From Orbicella franksi (Eukaryota): 64,000 nucleotides of DNA. Positions within the stretch are counted from its first letter, which is position 1, and every line of letters begins with the position of its first letter. The stretch lies in assembly GCA_964199315.1 (NCBI GenBank), contig OZ116698.1:5642001-5706000 (forward strand). The letters run 5' to 3'. The notes beneath the pieces were generated by a model. The model saw only the letters and a program-made list of their open reading frames with translations, made no database searches and was not told the DNA's origin. Of this stretch, positions 23,662 through 37,100 are shown piece by piece. A program made the position numbers and the translations under genes.

Positions 23662-26600
23662 ATGGTTAGTTCGGCTCATTTAGAGAGTGGACTTGCAACT
23701 GTTATTGCTATCGTTTGCATTTTATCTGGAATCGTATTTCCATTCGGTTCTCCTTGCACCGGTGAGTATAATGCCATTGTGGTAAATAGCGGAGGACGTT
23801 AAGTTTATCGCAGTCTTTATATTTCAGGGAACAGTTGAAGCCCTGTTATCAGGGTTCCATGGGGCGGGGAATGATCAGGATCTTTGCTTTTCAATCATTG
23901 TGGAATATCCTCCCTCTCTCACATTGGAATCATTTCTATTAACCTGCATTGGCTGTGTACGAAGACCATTGCTACTGGTTAGAATCTAGACAAAAATCCA
24001 TTCAAATTGTATTTTTGGTCTGGGTTGTTCGAAGTGAATCTTTGAGATTGAGGCACATGTATTTATCTTAGAGATTATATTTTGTTACCTTATCAGTCTT
24101 AGTGAGCCGGCAGGTAATTCCCTACAACCTGATCGTCGAATGAGGCCTGCGATTATCGAATGAGAAGTTGACTATCAAAGAACTTATCTTGAGGAGTACT
24201 GAGCAAACCAATTGTAACTACAATGTATTTCGATTGAAAATACAATTCGGAGAATTAATTATAATCGCGCTGCCATCGTTTTGTATTTTTGATTTCCCAC
24301 GGTCACTTGAAATAAAGTTTGAATTGAATGAAATAGCTGCCCTTGCTACTACTTTCGAGGTTAAAATAATCTGACCATTTTCACTCTATCAATCCATTTT
24401 GTTTCTCGTAGCGAAATAACGTTTGTCGGTGAAACACCCTAAAAGCTTTGTGGTCTTGGAGTTCTCCCAAAACGTTTTTTTTTTTGTTTAGACCAAAGTC
24501 GAAAAGTAACGCATGAAGCCTGAAGCTCAGAAACATTGTTTTTATTGTACGATTTTCAGCTAGGAAATTTAAAGAATAACGTGGAGTGAAGATGTTCAAA
24601 ATCGGCATGTAAACAGAGAAAGCTCTCTAGTCAAGTAGGCAATTCGCTGTTCGTAGACTTAATGACTGTGAAAACTGGAACAAATAGTCTGCATCTTTCT
24701 CCTCACTTCAGGTGTATAGATCAGCCTAAACCTTTTTTTACCTCTTTTATCCGTCTTCTTGACAAAACACTCGCTGATGAGACTATCTTTAAAACAGATC
24801 AGTAAACATTTTTTATACTGCAGGGGCAGCTGCAAGTTTTAAAAAATTTAGTTTAACTAAACATTATATGGTTTAATTTATTTCTAGGGCATTGAACATG
24901 GTATGTCTGTGATTTTGCACAGAACATAAAGCGTCTGTTACCCTGCGAGCAGTTGGTTTCTCCAGAGAAACCACTGCGTGCAACCGTCCGCTTTTCCATC
25001 GAGCATACGCGAGTTCGTCGCGCTTCACACGATGCATTTGACGTCAGTTTCATTTGCTCGCAAGAAGTGTTTGTACAACGCCGGTCAAAAGAATGAAAAT
25101 TTATCGCCAAAAGCGCCGACGTTCGCCGAAGTATTACCTAGTTTGTGGTCTAAATCTTGTCTAAATTTAAGGCTTTCTTTCCCTCTTGTGCGGGATTGCT
25201 GAGTTCGTTGAAGACAATACTCCTAACAACAACACGATTTTAACTGGGATATTACGATAGAAGGCGGGTTTGTAAAAGTTGTTTCAAGCGACTGGACGTC
25301 ATCAAAAGTAAAAACAGAAGCGTTCTCGCAGTCTCAAAGAATTATGAAACGTCTTTCAGCATCACAACCTCGTCCCCAGGGCCTTCGTAATCATTCACAG
25401 TAGAGTTGAACTTTGATCACTACATGTTGCTTAAACCATAGTTAGTTATGTTGGTGAGCGCATGCATGCGAGCCTATACCTGCTTTTAAACTAGTTTTAC
25501 CAGTTCAATGTCAATTTATTTTCGTCCATGGCGCTGGACGACGGTTAACTCTAAGGCTCGCAGTGGTTTCTCTCTCGTTCGGCGTAGGAGAAACCAACCG
25601 CTCGCAGGGTAAGCGTCCGTACGAGTCATACGCAAATGAGTTTTGTAATCACGAAAACACAACCAACCTCGTTTCTAGGCTCTCTTTTCTCTCTCGGAGG
25701 CAGTGGAGAGAGAGCCTGGGAACGAGGTTGAGGCACAACATCAGAAATTTTTCTTTTGCGTCATTCACAGATGACGAATACCGCATCATCGAATTCAAGG
25801 AACCAATAGAGAACAAGGTAATGAAGGATCACGTGATCAGAAGTGCAGAGGTCATTAGTGAAGGGAGCTGCCGAGTGATGTGTTATATGGAACCCAACTG
25901 TGTGTCCATAAATTTCGGGCCTTCTCACGGCGGGAAATACAGATGTGAATTGAATAGCGCCACCGATGAAGACGACTTGACCGTCCTTGAGGAAAAGCCA
26001 GCTTTCACCTTCCTAGCTATCGAGGTAAATAGTTTCATGCCTGAGTGATATTTTTTTGCATTCAAAGAAATTGCGGATTACTGCTACGGAATTTCGTCCA
26101 GGGTGAAAGGCTGGAAATCGTGAGGAAGCCAAACTTGATAATCTAGTCTTAAATGGCTGGTAGACTATTTGATAAACAGGGAGCGATGGTTACGTGAAGT
26201 CGCCCGAACCTTTATTTGTTTCGAAATTACTCATGTTCAGACATTGACTTACCAGTTAGGATTGTTTTACTGTGCTCTTTTAACAGAATCCCTGTAGTAC
26301 CAGTCCGTGTTTAAATGGAGGTACTTGTCAAGTTGGATTCACCAGTAAAGGTTTTCGTTGCGTCTGTCGCACTGGATTCCCAGGAACGAACTGTCGTCCA
26401 GGTAAATTGCAGTGCGCTTTGTTCTATTCCTGGTCTTACCTGATGTGAAACACGTCTAATTTTGTGTTTAAAATCCATATTTCATCTTAATACAAAGTGA
26501 ATGGTCAACAGTTATATAATATATGAGTATTCCATTATTTTATCTCAGATGTAAAGCTTACGCTAAGATTAAAAGTCTTTAAATGCTACTTACAATTATA

Positions 26601-27391
26601 ACCTCAAGTTGTAAAAGCTGTTTTCATCGCTCTAAAATTATCGTGCCTGCCTTATCAAGGTTTTTCGTGAGTATAAGATATTATCAAAAACTATTACGAC
26701 CTTTCTGTGGGCTCTTGTTAAAACTTAAATTTCTTTCTCATTGTTAGCAAAGTCTTGCAGCGACTTAAAGAAGCTTGACCCTACAGCTGGAAATGGTACT
26801 TACGTCATTGATCCAGATGGTGAAGGAGACATGCCATCTTATAACGTCACCTGTGACATGACTGACAAGAAAGCAGTTGGTGTGACCGTCATTAGTCACG
26901 ACAGTGAAAACAGAACGCTGGTGGATGGATGTGAACCTCCAGGTTGTTACAAACGTGACATTAACTACACAGGAGCAAGTCTCCCTCAGCTGGCAAAGCT
27001 CGCTAATATTTCCGCACGCTGTGAACAATTCATCAAGTATGAATGCCTAAACTCGCAACTGTTTAAAAATGAATCGAACAGAGTAATCGGATGGTGGGTG
27101 TCACGCAATGGCAATGCTATGAATTACTGGGGCGGTGCATCACCTGGTAATGGGAATCAGATTTGCGCATGCGGGATGAATAATTCCTGCGCACGCACCG
27201 GCCTTGTTTGTAACTGTGATAAGAATGACAATGTGCTGCGAGAAGATAGCGGTCTCCTAACTGACAAGATACATCTTCCAGTTAAACAGCTGAGGTTTGG
27301 AGATACCCTCGATAAAAACGAGAACAACGGTAAAGATAAGGAACACGGTTACCATACTCTGGGAAAGTTGAAGTGTTACGATATGTTCTGA
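23662..27391 (+). CDS. CASPR/CNTNAP-like secreted protein gene 2, complete, 370 aa (signal + PAN-like + EGF + fibrinogen-like)
   Basis: Exons 23662-23761 (MVSSAHLESGLATVIAIVCILSGIVFPFGSPCT, donor GTGAGT), 25771-26024, 26287-26401, 26748-27391 sum to 1113 nt = 371 codons, open and phase-consistent. No LamG, discoidin or TM segment, so not a true CNTNAP orthologue. Confidence 0.88.
24939..25611. mobile_element. 673-bp non-autonomous element with long TIR and 9-bp TSD in gene 2 intron 1
   Basis: TACCCTGCGAGC(A/G)GTTGGTTTCTCC at both ends, inverted. Flanks AGCGTCTGT (24930-24938) and AGCGTCCGT (25612-25620). Confidence 0.8.
25664..25730. mobile_element. 67-bp hairpin MITE (CAACCTCG...CGAGGTTG)
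   Basis: 22-bp TIR with 2 mismatches. Flanks AAACACAAC/AGGCACAAC. Half copies near 2500-2531 and 25364. Confidence 0.8.
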
Positions 27392-28904
27392 TGGTGATAC
27401 CATCAGGATTGCCATTCTATTTCTTTTTCAGTGCGTCTACTTTTTAGTGCAGAATGTTAAAGGACTTAAAGAAACAAGTTCGACCTATCGAGTAATTACA
27501 GCCTGTGATCTCCAATACCTTAGAGGGTAAAATAGGTTTCCATGAGTTTTATTTGCTCCTGTTTTAAAATTGACCTTCCTAGCTTGTTTGGTTGTGCTTT
27601 TTTAGGGAAACCTCTCAACAAAAGGTAGTGAGAACGTTTCTAAAATTTATTCTTACATGCTGTACATGATACACCAAATGTCCTGGTTAAAGGGGAAACG
27701 GCTTTAAGTATTTTGGGTTGATTTCATGGTGGTGGAGCTTCTGTGAATCAATCGGATAGGAGTGCGATTTGTTGATAGTCCTTTTTGGTAGTTTGTAAAT
27801 ATTGAAACACCCTAAGGGACTGCAGTCTGATCTAGTATGGTTTTTATGAAACAAATAATGAATTTGGACTTAAAACTAAACGAAACAGAATCAAAAGAAA
27901 TTGAACATGGTATAGTATAATAGGAAGTGTGATACCATAAATCGGCCCCTTTCTTTGCTAAGGTGTAGGGACGCAATGCTTTTAGGGTTTGTTAGAGCCG
28001 TTGTAGTTGTAATGTAGCATTTATATGAGCAGTGTTCAACCTTTCTTTATCCCGTATAGTAGATTCGCCTAATTGATGACCTAATTGAAGTACAGTTTTA
28101 TTTTGAAGGTTAATTTGAAATACTGTAGTTAATTTTACCGGCGAATTGTTTTAAATTTTTTCTGAAGGAAGTTCTTGCGACTCGACTAAAAGTGATATTT
28201 TGAATCCCAGACTCTCGGCCCCAAATGGCAAATTAACCTCAGACGTCTTTATTTCAGTCTCTTGTTCCCCAGGGAATTGATGCTGAACTCTGAAAAAACC
28301 CCTTGCAACACAAAGGCTAGAATTTTCTTCTTCTTTGAGGCAATCATTTCATTTCTTGTTGGGGCATTCGCACCAAGGAAAATTTTGGGATTTTCAAAAA
28401 GACGTCACAAGCGGAACAAGGACCATGGTCTCTCAGGTAGACCCTTATGCCCTTTTGGGACTGGAAGAGTTAATTAAGCGTGTATTAATTTTTTATACAC
28501 AGCGATCTAGACTAATTTCAGGTGCGTATTACAGCCGGGAAAATTTGTAAATATCTTTTTTTCGTCTTCTCCGGCCGAGAGACTGTCAGGCGTCAGCTTC
28601 CAGGCCAGAAAAGAATGGAATGAACTGAATGACATTTTTTTTTAGATACGTAGATATATGCTCTCCGTAACGTATGTTGTTCTGGCTTCACTTAACGATG
28701 GCCGGGGTACATCTGACTGTAGAGAAGGATGTATTACAATCACTAGCGTTCTCAGTACTCATATCCTATTATGCGTATATTAAACTTTTTAGTTTCTGTC
28801 CATGTCAGCAACTTTGTCTAGGGCAGTAAAAGGCTGTCATTAATAACTGACAATAATGATTGTGAAATTTATTGAAGTGTATGTCCTGATGTAACATAAA
28901 TTCC

Positions 28905-29189
28905 AGTATGTATAAGTATACATGGAAATATGAGTACAGAATTAGATGAGGGCCGCACAGGGAAATATTGATCCGAGGGCGTGGCAAGACGAACCGAGCA
29001 CAGCGAGGTCCATACAAAAACGAGCGAGGGCTTATATTCCCCAGCAAGCTACAATAGGTTAGAGAGTAGTTTTTTTTTATATGGCATTTGCCTGCTTTCG
29101 TAGGAAAAAAATACACGGCTTATGACCGTTTTTTATGACCGTATGGCAAATCCTGACCGACAAAGAACCAATCAGAACGCTCGGATTTA
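28905..29189. mobile_element. Short non-autonomous repeat fragment
   Basis: GAGGGCCGCACAGGGAAATATTG...ACCAATCAGAACGCTCGGATTTAC, same style as 17840-17990; family unresolved. Confidence 0.35.
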
Positions 29190-29468
29190 CCCTGGGGGTA
29201 CTTTGGGAATTTCTGGGTGGACATGTGCCGCTGGGACCCTAAGGCCCTGGAAACCTTAGCCTATACCAGAGCTAGTTCAGCTGAATTTTGCTAACCTATA
29301 CTAGAGTAGAGCTGCCCAAATCCCCCCATCTATCGACCTTGTTGAGGCTGATTTGCGTAAATTTAAACTTGCCGATTTGATTATTTTATATTTTTGAGTG
29401 ACAATTCCTACTTTCCTTACTCTAGATAAAATCTTCAACCAACCAGTCAGTTTTGTGAAAAATGATAC

Positions 29469-29507
<39 letters not shown>

Positions 29508-29546
29508 CCTAGAGTAAACTGCTTGAAAACCATACCCTTCACAGCG

Positions 29547-29577
<31 letters not shown>

Positions 29578-29596
29578 GGCCCCCCCACCCCCCGGG
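29190..29596. mobile_element. About 400-bp MITE with CCC(T/G)GGGG / CCCCGGG ends
   Basis: G/C-run termini; near-match 8-bp flanks GGATTTAC/GGAATTAC. Confidence 0.6.
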
Positions 29597-30377
29597 GAAT
29601 TACCTCAAGACTACATTGCCATACACTGTATGATAAATGACACTGTCAAAGAATGTAACTATTTTCTTGTTGGTGTGAAATGCACGTGTTCCGCCGTGGC
29701 ATTAATTTAGTCTATTGTTATAAGCATATATGTAAGGTTTGACAGTTGTAATGTGTGCACCTCAGCTCTCAAACTTTCAAAGTTTATTTCAGCAGCTCAC
29801 AGTTTGAGCTGCACTCCGATCTCTGTTACGGGTCATATGAATATAAATAGCAAAGGATAAAGTACAGATCACATCACTATTGAACTTTACATGTAAATTT
29901 TTTCGGTAGTTTGCTGAATATCTTTATTTAAAATTGTGAATGAAACGATATCTGTCAAGTAGTGAAAAAATGCTAACAAATGAAGTCTGAGGATTTCAAA
30001 CTGTATTTCTAGATGTATATATAGATGCAATTTACATGTAATTTAATTTACAACCAGCAATAAACGAACTTTATGAATCTGAAATACAACTAATTTAAGA
30101 ATCGAACCAACAAGGGCCTGAAAATTTACAAACCTTTGTATCTTTTAAAATAAATTCCGTAACATTTTGTCTTGAACATACCCGGGAGAAGATACAATAT
30201 CAAATACCGATCTGCTCCCAGATTCAGGGAAAAAAGGCTCAAGTCTTGTAGTTGATGCTTAAAGGGAAACGGAGACAATCCTGGTAAGTGGTTTTCAGTC
30301 ATAAAACAACACTCAGCCAGACTGATCAATTATTTATTCATGAAGGGTTCAAGAATCAAAATCCTACTAGTCTAGTA

Positions 30378-30640
30378 GGGGAGCAGGGATGGTGCAGTGG
30401 TGAGAGTGCTCACCTTGCACCAATGTGGCCGGGTTCAATTCTGGTGCCACATGTGGGTTGAGTTTGTTGTTGGTTCCTGCCTTGCTCTGGGGGCTCTTGT
30501 GCGGGTTCTCCGGTTTTTCTCCCTCCACAAAAACCAAAATCTCCAAATTCCAATTTGACTCAGATAGAGGACTTGCGTGAAAACCAGCTAAGGCTGATGG
30601 GTCCTGATGGGGCTTCCTCTCAAAATATGAATTAATTTAT
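30378..30640 (+). mobile_element. tRNA-derived SINE (family A)
   Basis: A box TGGTGCAGTGG, B box GGTTCAATTC, body GGGTTCTCCGGTTTTTCTCCCTCCACAAAAACC; homologous to 36054-36353. Confidence 0.85.
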
Positions 30641-31390
30641 TATTTTGTTTACTTTTTAGTCCCTGGTGGTTGAGTTTTTTTCAAGACATTCTTGGGGCTT
30701 AAATAAATAAAGAAGGGTGGGTGAGGGCAAGGGAAGTACATTCATAAATCACAAATCTCCTAAGGTATACAAAAACACATGCAAATGTAATGGGCAGGCA
30801 ACTTTGAAAGCATATAAAGTTGACTTCAAAATAATATCAATGATTATCATATTTCTGATTGCGTTTGTCTGGGCTTCCCATCTAGGGAAAGGGCAAGAGT
30901 AAGCTAGTGAGAATATTTGATGCTGACTTGTTGGAGGGTGGTGATAAGATACTGGAAAAGGAAGGAGAATTAGTTGAGTTTCTATGACCAGCATGTACAA
31001 TGCACTAATTCAGCTTCAGTAGTTCAAATATGTATTAACTCCAAAACCTACACTATAACGCAAACTTTATATTCATTACAGACACAACTACTGTGGCTAC
31101 CATTACAATAGTAGTTACTACGGCAGAGTTCATATTGAGCAACATAAAATGAATTTAATGTCGTTGTGTAACAATCAAGCCCCTAAAGTGTTCGACATTT
31201 ACGCACTTGTTAAATGATATACTATTATGGTGTACACAAGTTTGCAGCAGACCAAAAATGTGCAAGTCCATGTAAATGTAAAAGGTTTTTTACATTGCTT
31301 TTCTCTCCTATGCCTATCGGTCCATGTTTAAACTTAATAGATATACATGTACTGACTACAAACTGAAGTATTTGGTGCTAACGTTCATGT

Positions 31391-33908
31391 TTAGTTGTGA
31401 GAACTAACAGAAACAAGTCTTGCTCTTCTTTCCAATTCCATCTGTTTAACATGGGTCCACATCTCTGATGTCAGAGTGTTTTGCCCGTGACTCAGAGACA
31501 TAAGCCGTGACAACAGCAGTAAGAGATGGAAGTCCTCTGCCGTCATGTAGCTATGATCCTGCTGCCTGCTCTTCACAAAGTCGTCCTGAAGAACCTTTTG
31601 CATCTCAGGGGTCAGTGAGTACTCTGCCAGTCGTGCCAGACCCAAGAAGGCTCGCATGCGCTCCATGGTAGCTGAAGAAACAGTGCTCAGAACTCTCGCT
31701 ACAGTCTCAGATGCTTCGTGGGGCCTGAGTACCACATGGCAGTCAGAAGGAAGCAGTGACTTTCCTTCAGAAAGAATCAGGACCAAAAGGTTTGTTGTAA
31801 ACTCTGCTTTGTAATAATTGAAGTCGTACTCCAGTTTTTGCCAAGAGATGACATTCTCTAGGGCTGTAACATTCTGTACACCATTTCCATTCAGCTGACC
31901 AGCTTCTAAAGCTGTCTCATCCACCACTATGTTCGTGCTTTCTGATAACTGGAGCACACTGCTCTTCAGTCGGTTTGCTGTGACGTCCTTCTTTGGAACA
32001 AAGTTCAAGGTGTTCATGTTGTCTAGTGTCATGGACAGGAAGAAACATTTTGGCACCAATTGTTCCACAAGTTTGTGCATCTCTTGGGGGAATGACTCTG
32101 ATGGTGGACACCCACTGACATTCAACGTAAATTTTCCAACAGGCATTATACCAGTCCAGTTGTACACTGAGGAAACCAGGTGAAGAAGTAAATACTCTGC
32201 TGCAAGGCGATCACCATACATAACTTGTGTCAACAAAGACATCAACTCACCCCTCACCTCGGCCAACTGTTGCATAATGGCAGTTGATGACTCCCCTTTG
32301 ATGTCACTGGGGACACATGGGTTAGAGTGGGTTAGACAATGAGAAGCCAAGACATGGAGCCGTGGCACAAGTGATGGTGGGGGGTGATGAACAGCTTGCT
32401 CTTCTGGAGTGATCAAGTCCTCAGGGCTGGGTCCTAAGGGTTCTTGCACATTATCCACCATATCATGATCGGAGAATACAGCTAGCCCAGGGTCAACAGA
32501 CAGCACACCAATGAACTCAACCATGTCATTTACCTTGAATGTGCTCTCTTGATCATAGATGTGAATGAGACAAGCTGGACCACATTCATTAGGTAGAGGA
32601 AAATTTAGATCAATACCCTGTGGGTGGGATGGAATGTTACTACTGCCTGCTGTTTGAGGGGATCTTGCTCTTTTAGCTTCATCATTACTGTTGCCGTTAG
32701 CAACTTGCAAACCTAAAAGAAGTAAGAAACAAAAGAAAAGAATTAAAAAGTATATTGACCAACATGCCAGAATGCATTCAGTGTGGGTTACCCTGAAGAT
32801 CTTTGGCATGGCCTATAAAATTTGCAGCACACCAGTGTGGGATTGGAGTTGTTGGCATATAGCAGTGTGTACATTTATATTTGCTGGTGCTGGTGTGTTA
32901 ACGCTTAACTATATAAGGTGACTTGGTGTGATGCCTAATTTCTCTTAAATCCACATTGAATACCGTATCTTAGCCAATAATGGGCATCTTATTTTGAGTA
33001 CAAAGTTTCCTAGTGAACATAATACAAAGAAAATTGGGATTATTTGAGCAGAGTGGTGTGGGACTTTGGCCGCTTGCCAGGCGCTTGGCAATTTAAAAAG
33101 CCTTAGCATACCTTCAGTCTGGAAGTCTTGCGGAATGCACCCTGAATAACATGGAGCATTTACATACACCAAGCTAGTAATGTCATGCATTTGAGTTGAA
33201 CACTGTAATTCATACATTCTAAGAAGTTTTTTCTCTAAACCCCTATTCGACCTATTCCATACTTAGGTGTATTTGAAGAGGTTTGCTTGGTCATTCGGAC
33301 TAATCCTCAGCATACCCCTAGAGGTGGCCCCCTGGGGAGGCCGCTGATTAAAACTTAAGCCTACCGTGTTCAGCGGTTGCTGTTCCCTCGTCCATTTCTT
33401 CGTCAAGACTTCTCTTGATTCCTGCGTTTTTCCGCTGGAGTGATTGTGATTGCAAACCGGAAGCCACGTTTCTCCCCGCAAATGTTTTCTTCGCCCATTC
33501 AGTCTCACCTGGAATTGGGACGCAGTAAAATGTTTGCCGTTCTTTGGTGACGTTTCTCGGCGACTCCAGACGAAGCTCGAAATTTTCCCCACAGTTCACC
33601 ATGTCTTGGTACATACCACATCGTAAATTCGACGAATTGTCCGCTTTGTTTACGACTTCATAAGACGCGAGGTAGAACTCTGGGTCGAACATATCCTGCA
33701 CCATGCATCTGAATCTCACAAGACTCTTCGATTTCAATAGATGACTTGGAACGTTATTCAACGAAGGTACTCTCTCGAGTGCTTCGTTGTTTTGCAGTCG
33801 ATTCGTGAAGAACTCACGAACTCTTTCATGCTCTGGCTTTCCTGCTTCCGTGAATATACCCTCAGCTACGCTTAACGGGTTTGTCAGCCAGTCTTCTACA
33901 CAAGGCAT
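31391..33908 (-). CDS. MCMBP: Mini-chromosome maintenance complex-binding protein, 621 aa, two exons
   Basis: Exon 1 33908-33365 (LVRFRCMVQDMFDPEFY, RQTFYCVPIPGE) and exon 2 32712-31391 (DMVEFIGVLSVDP, PPSLVPRLH, GDRLAAEYLLLHLVS, NRLKSSVLQLSE). GT-AG phase-1 intron of 652 bp; 1866 nt total. Confidence 0.95.
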
Positions 33909-34146
33909 GGCAAAAAGTATCTTTCAAACCAAGAATATGTCCGCGGCAAAATTTTCACTCAGCCCCCGTGGTGGTTTTCCCGGGAAAATTAGAATTCTGT
34001 GCGCATGACATTAAGATGTATACATCAACAAACTCGTACTTGCATGCGGGCTCAAGAAAAGGCCGGGCAGCTCGTCTGGCCATCTTCCGACACTTTGAAG
34101 ACACTTTGAATGCAATTTCTGCCAATATTTGTGATTTGCTGTAAAA
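33909..34146. promoter_or_regulatory. Bidirectional promoter shared by MCMBP and TMCO1
   Basis: 238 bp between divergent ATGs. E2F-like CGCGGCAAAA (33942-33951), palindrome TTTTCCCGGGAAAA (33975-33988), NRF1-like TGCGCATG (34000-34007), YY1/ETS-like GGCCATCTTCCG (34078-34089). Confidence 0.7.
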
Positions 34147-37100
34147 ATGTTAGCTGATACTATCCTTATACTGTTTATTTCAATGGCTACTGCTCTTCTA
34201 TCTGAAGGTAAATATCTTTTATTGATAAAAAGCGAAAGTGGGCTTTTATGTACTCAGTTTTCAGCGTATTACTTGATGAGGCATGTCCTCATAGAGTCAT
34301 GGTCAAAAATTATGATTGTTGTACATGTAAAATGTCCACATGAACTGCTTATATGCTGCTAATCTTTTGCCTTAATCTATGATAATCTGTCTCGTCTGGT
34401 CTTCGTGCAAAACAGATTTGAAGGTTATCAATCACAAATGTAGTTTATTGGCTCAATTCATCACAGTAACAGGCCATTTCCAAGTTACCTTGTGGCTCTC
34501 TGTCAAAACCAGTCTTCGTGCGAAACCATTTATATGAAAATTTGTTCTGCTTTCAGGCTAGTTTTCATGAAAATCAAACTCATTTTCGTATGAAAGGTTT
34601 TGCATAACGTGTTATTTTGAAACAGAGGCACAACATAACATGGAAATGGCCCATTGAAGAAGTAAAAGCGAGAAAATTTAACATCCTTTCTACAGCACTC
34701 AGTTTTGATTTCTGAAGTTACTTGTACAATACATGTATGACCAAGTATTATATTTTTACCTTGGTAAGTGTTGCTGTTGTGAATCTTTTTTGCAACTAGC
34801 TCAGTGGCTGACATGAGAAAACATAATATATACATAAAGTACATCCACATATAAGAACGCAAAAATTCCCTTTGCAAAAGACAAAAAAAAATTTGCAGAA
34901 ATAATTATGCAGTGGAAACAGAAAAAACAATTCTCCTAACAATATTGACAAAAAAATTGCCCAGTGCTTTTGTATTATTTGCTCCATTGCATGAAAATGT
35001 GCTGCTTGTGACTTATTCCTTTCAACTGACACAGTTCTTTTCTTCACCTTGGATTTATCACGTGTGTGGATAATGGTGCTCTGTTAATATCCCATTTCCC
35101 AGTTGAGTAAAAGTACCTGATGATGATGTAGATGGTATTCTGTTAGGAAAGTTCATAAAATACTGGCCATTTACCTTCACTAAACAAGTATCTTGTTAAG
35201 GAGAAGTGATAACACTGCAAGTCACTTCAACGTACAGAATTCAAGTTGACATTGTCTGGTGTTTTAGTTCAGTTATTGAGAGTTAAGGATAAGCTTATGT
35301 TTTCAGTTACTCACATATATGTAGGTCTGAAATGCATTTGCAAGTACCAGCACTAGACAACTTAAGTTTGACATTGTTATCCTGTTTGTAAACCCAACAC
35401 CCCTCTTATACTCTTCATGGTCATTTTATATAGCAACCCTTCATTTGTCTTGTTTCAAAGGAATCACGTACTTGCTGGTTTATAGAACAGACAAGTATAA
35501 AAAGTTAACTGCAGAGGTTGAGAAGGATAGTAAAAGATGTAAGTTTTAAAATTTCTCTTTATGAAATGTTTCAGACATGTTTGTACATAATTTAATTAGA
35601 ATAATTAGAGTGCTATGGTATTTATGACTTTAAATCACTACCTTTGAAATGAATGGATGCAGTGCTAGTTTTGCACTTTGTATATATGTGGATAGATGCT
35701 AGCATGAGTCCTGTGAACCACACTCCTTGGCCAGAAACTGTAAATAAATTGTACTTATAAATTTAATGGAGCAGGTACATGTTCAATGGTTAGGAAACAC
35801 CTTAATCATTTACATGGGTAATGTAGAAAAAAGAGCTGGTTCCTGTTCTCATATAATTTTTCAGCTGTTACAATATAAGTGTTTCAGCATTTTAATAATT
35901 CTGTAGACCCCCAGACAAATTGGCTTCTGTTTCTGTAGAAGGCAAACCAAAAATTATTTTTGCATGGTACAGAATTGCAGAAACATGGCTTTCTACCATA
36001 TTAGAGTTGACAGTTCTATGGTTTGTCCTGTTTGATGCTGTCAAACCCCACTAGGTAGTGGGGATGTCGCAGTGGTGAGAGGGCTTGCCTCCCACCAATG
36101 TAACCCGCGTTAGATTCCGGTCAGGTGCGATACGTGGGTTGAGTTTGTTGTGGGTTCTGGCCTTTCTCTTAAGGTCTTTGTCTGGGTTCTCTGGTTTTCC
36201 TTTCTCCACAAAAACCAACATCTCCAAATTCCAATTTGATCAGGATAGAGGACACGCATGAAAACCAGCTAAGGCTGATGTGGCTTTCTCTCTAAATATT
36301 GTAATTTATTTATTTATTTATTTATTTATTTATTCATTCATTTATTTATTTATGGACACTTGCTATCTAAAGTTACTTGCATGTATCTTAAATTCATTGC
36401 TTAAGGTTGAGACATCTCATAAACAATGACATTACCAAGGTCCTTTGTTGTCTATATGTTATTAAGGGTGTAAGGAATCATTAATAAAGATTTTTAGGGT
36501 AAATGAACAAGCCACAAGACTTATCAAGAAAATATTATCATCCTGCAAATAATATACACACAACCACATTCTTCCAAAGTGCAAAAAGAGACAAATCATC
36601 TGCAGATCAGTAGAGTAAATTATACATGTATGTATGTTGACGCAAGTGTAATTTATTACAAGTAAAAAGGACCAAGTGCTTATCATTTGCATTTTGTGTT
36701 ACTTGAAGCATATTTTTTTATTTACAGTGGAGAAGAGGAAAGAAAACATTACAGACCTTCCCAGACAAGGTGGTCAGAAAAAGAAAATGGGTGAGCATTC
36801 TTCAGAACGTAATAAGCATTATTGTTCTACTGATAATTTTAGATTTTGACCAATATTACATATTGTAATTTTAAACTGCACATAGTGATGTATTCACCTT
36901 TCTTTTGTTAGAGAGAGTGGAAGAGAAACTTAAAAACCACAACAGAGACCTTTCCATGGTGAGTGACTTTTGTACACTGGATATAAGATGTGTTGACACA
37001 TTTTTAAGTTTTTGTTTTGGCCGATCGGAATCACCAGCTAAATCTTGCTAGAAGTAGTGTGATCCTGATGTATTTTGTTACTTCGGTCAACATGCAGAGG

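Noticed and set aside
25563-25770. N-terminal extension of the 161-aa ORF
   Set aside because: Intronic read-through across two MITEs; the true exon starts at 25771.
32713-32809. Hydrophobic N-terminus of the 472-aa ORF
   Set aside because: Intron polypyrimidine tract upstream of the MCMBP exon 2 acceptor.
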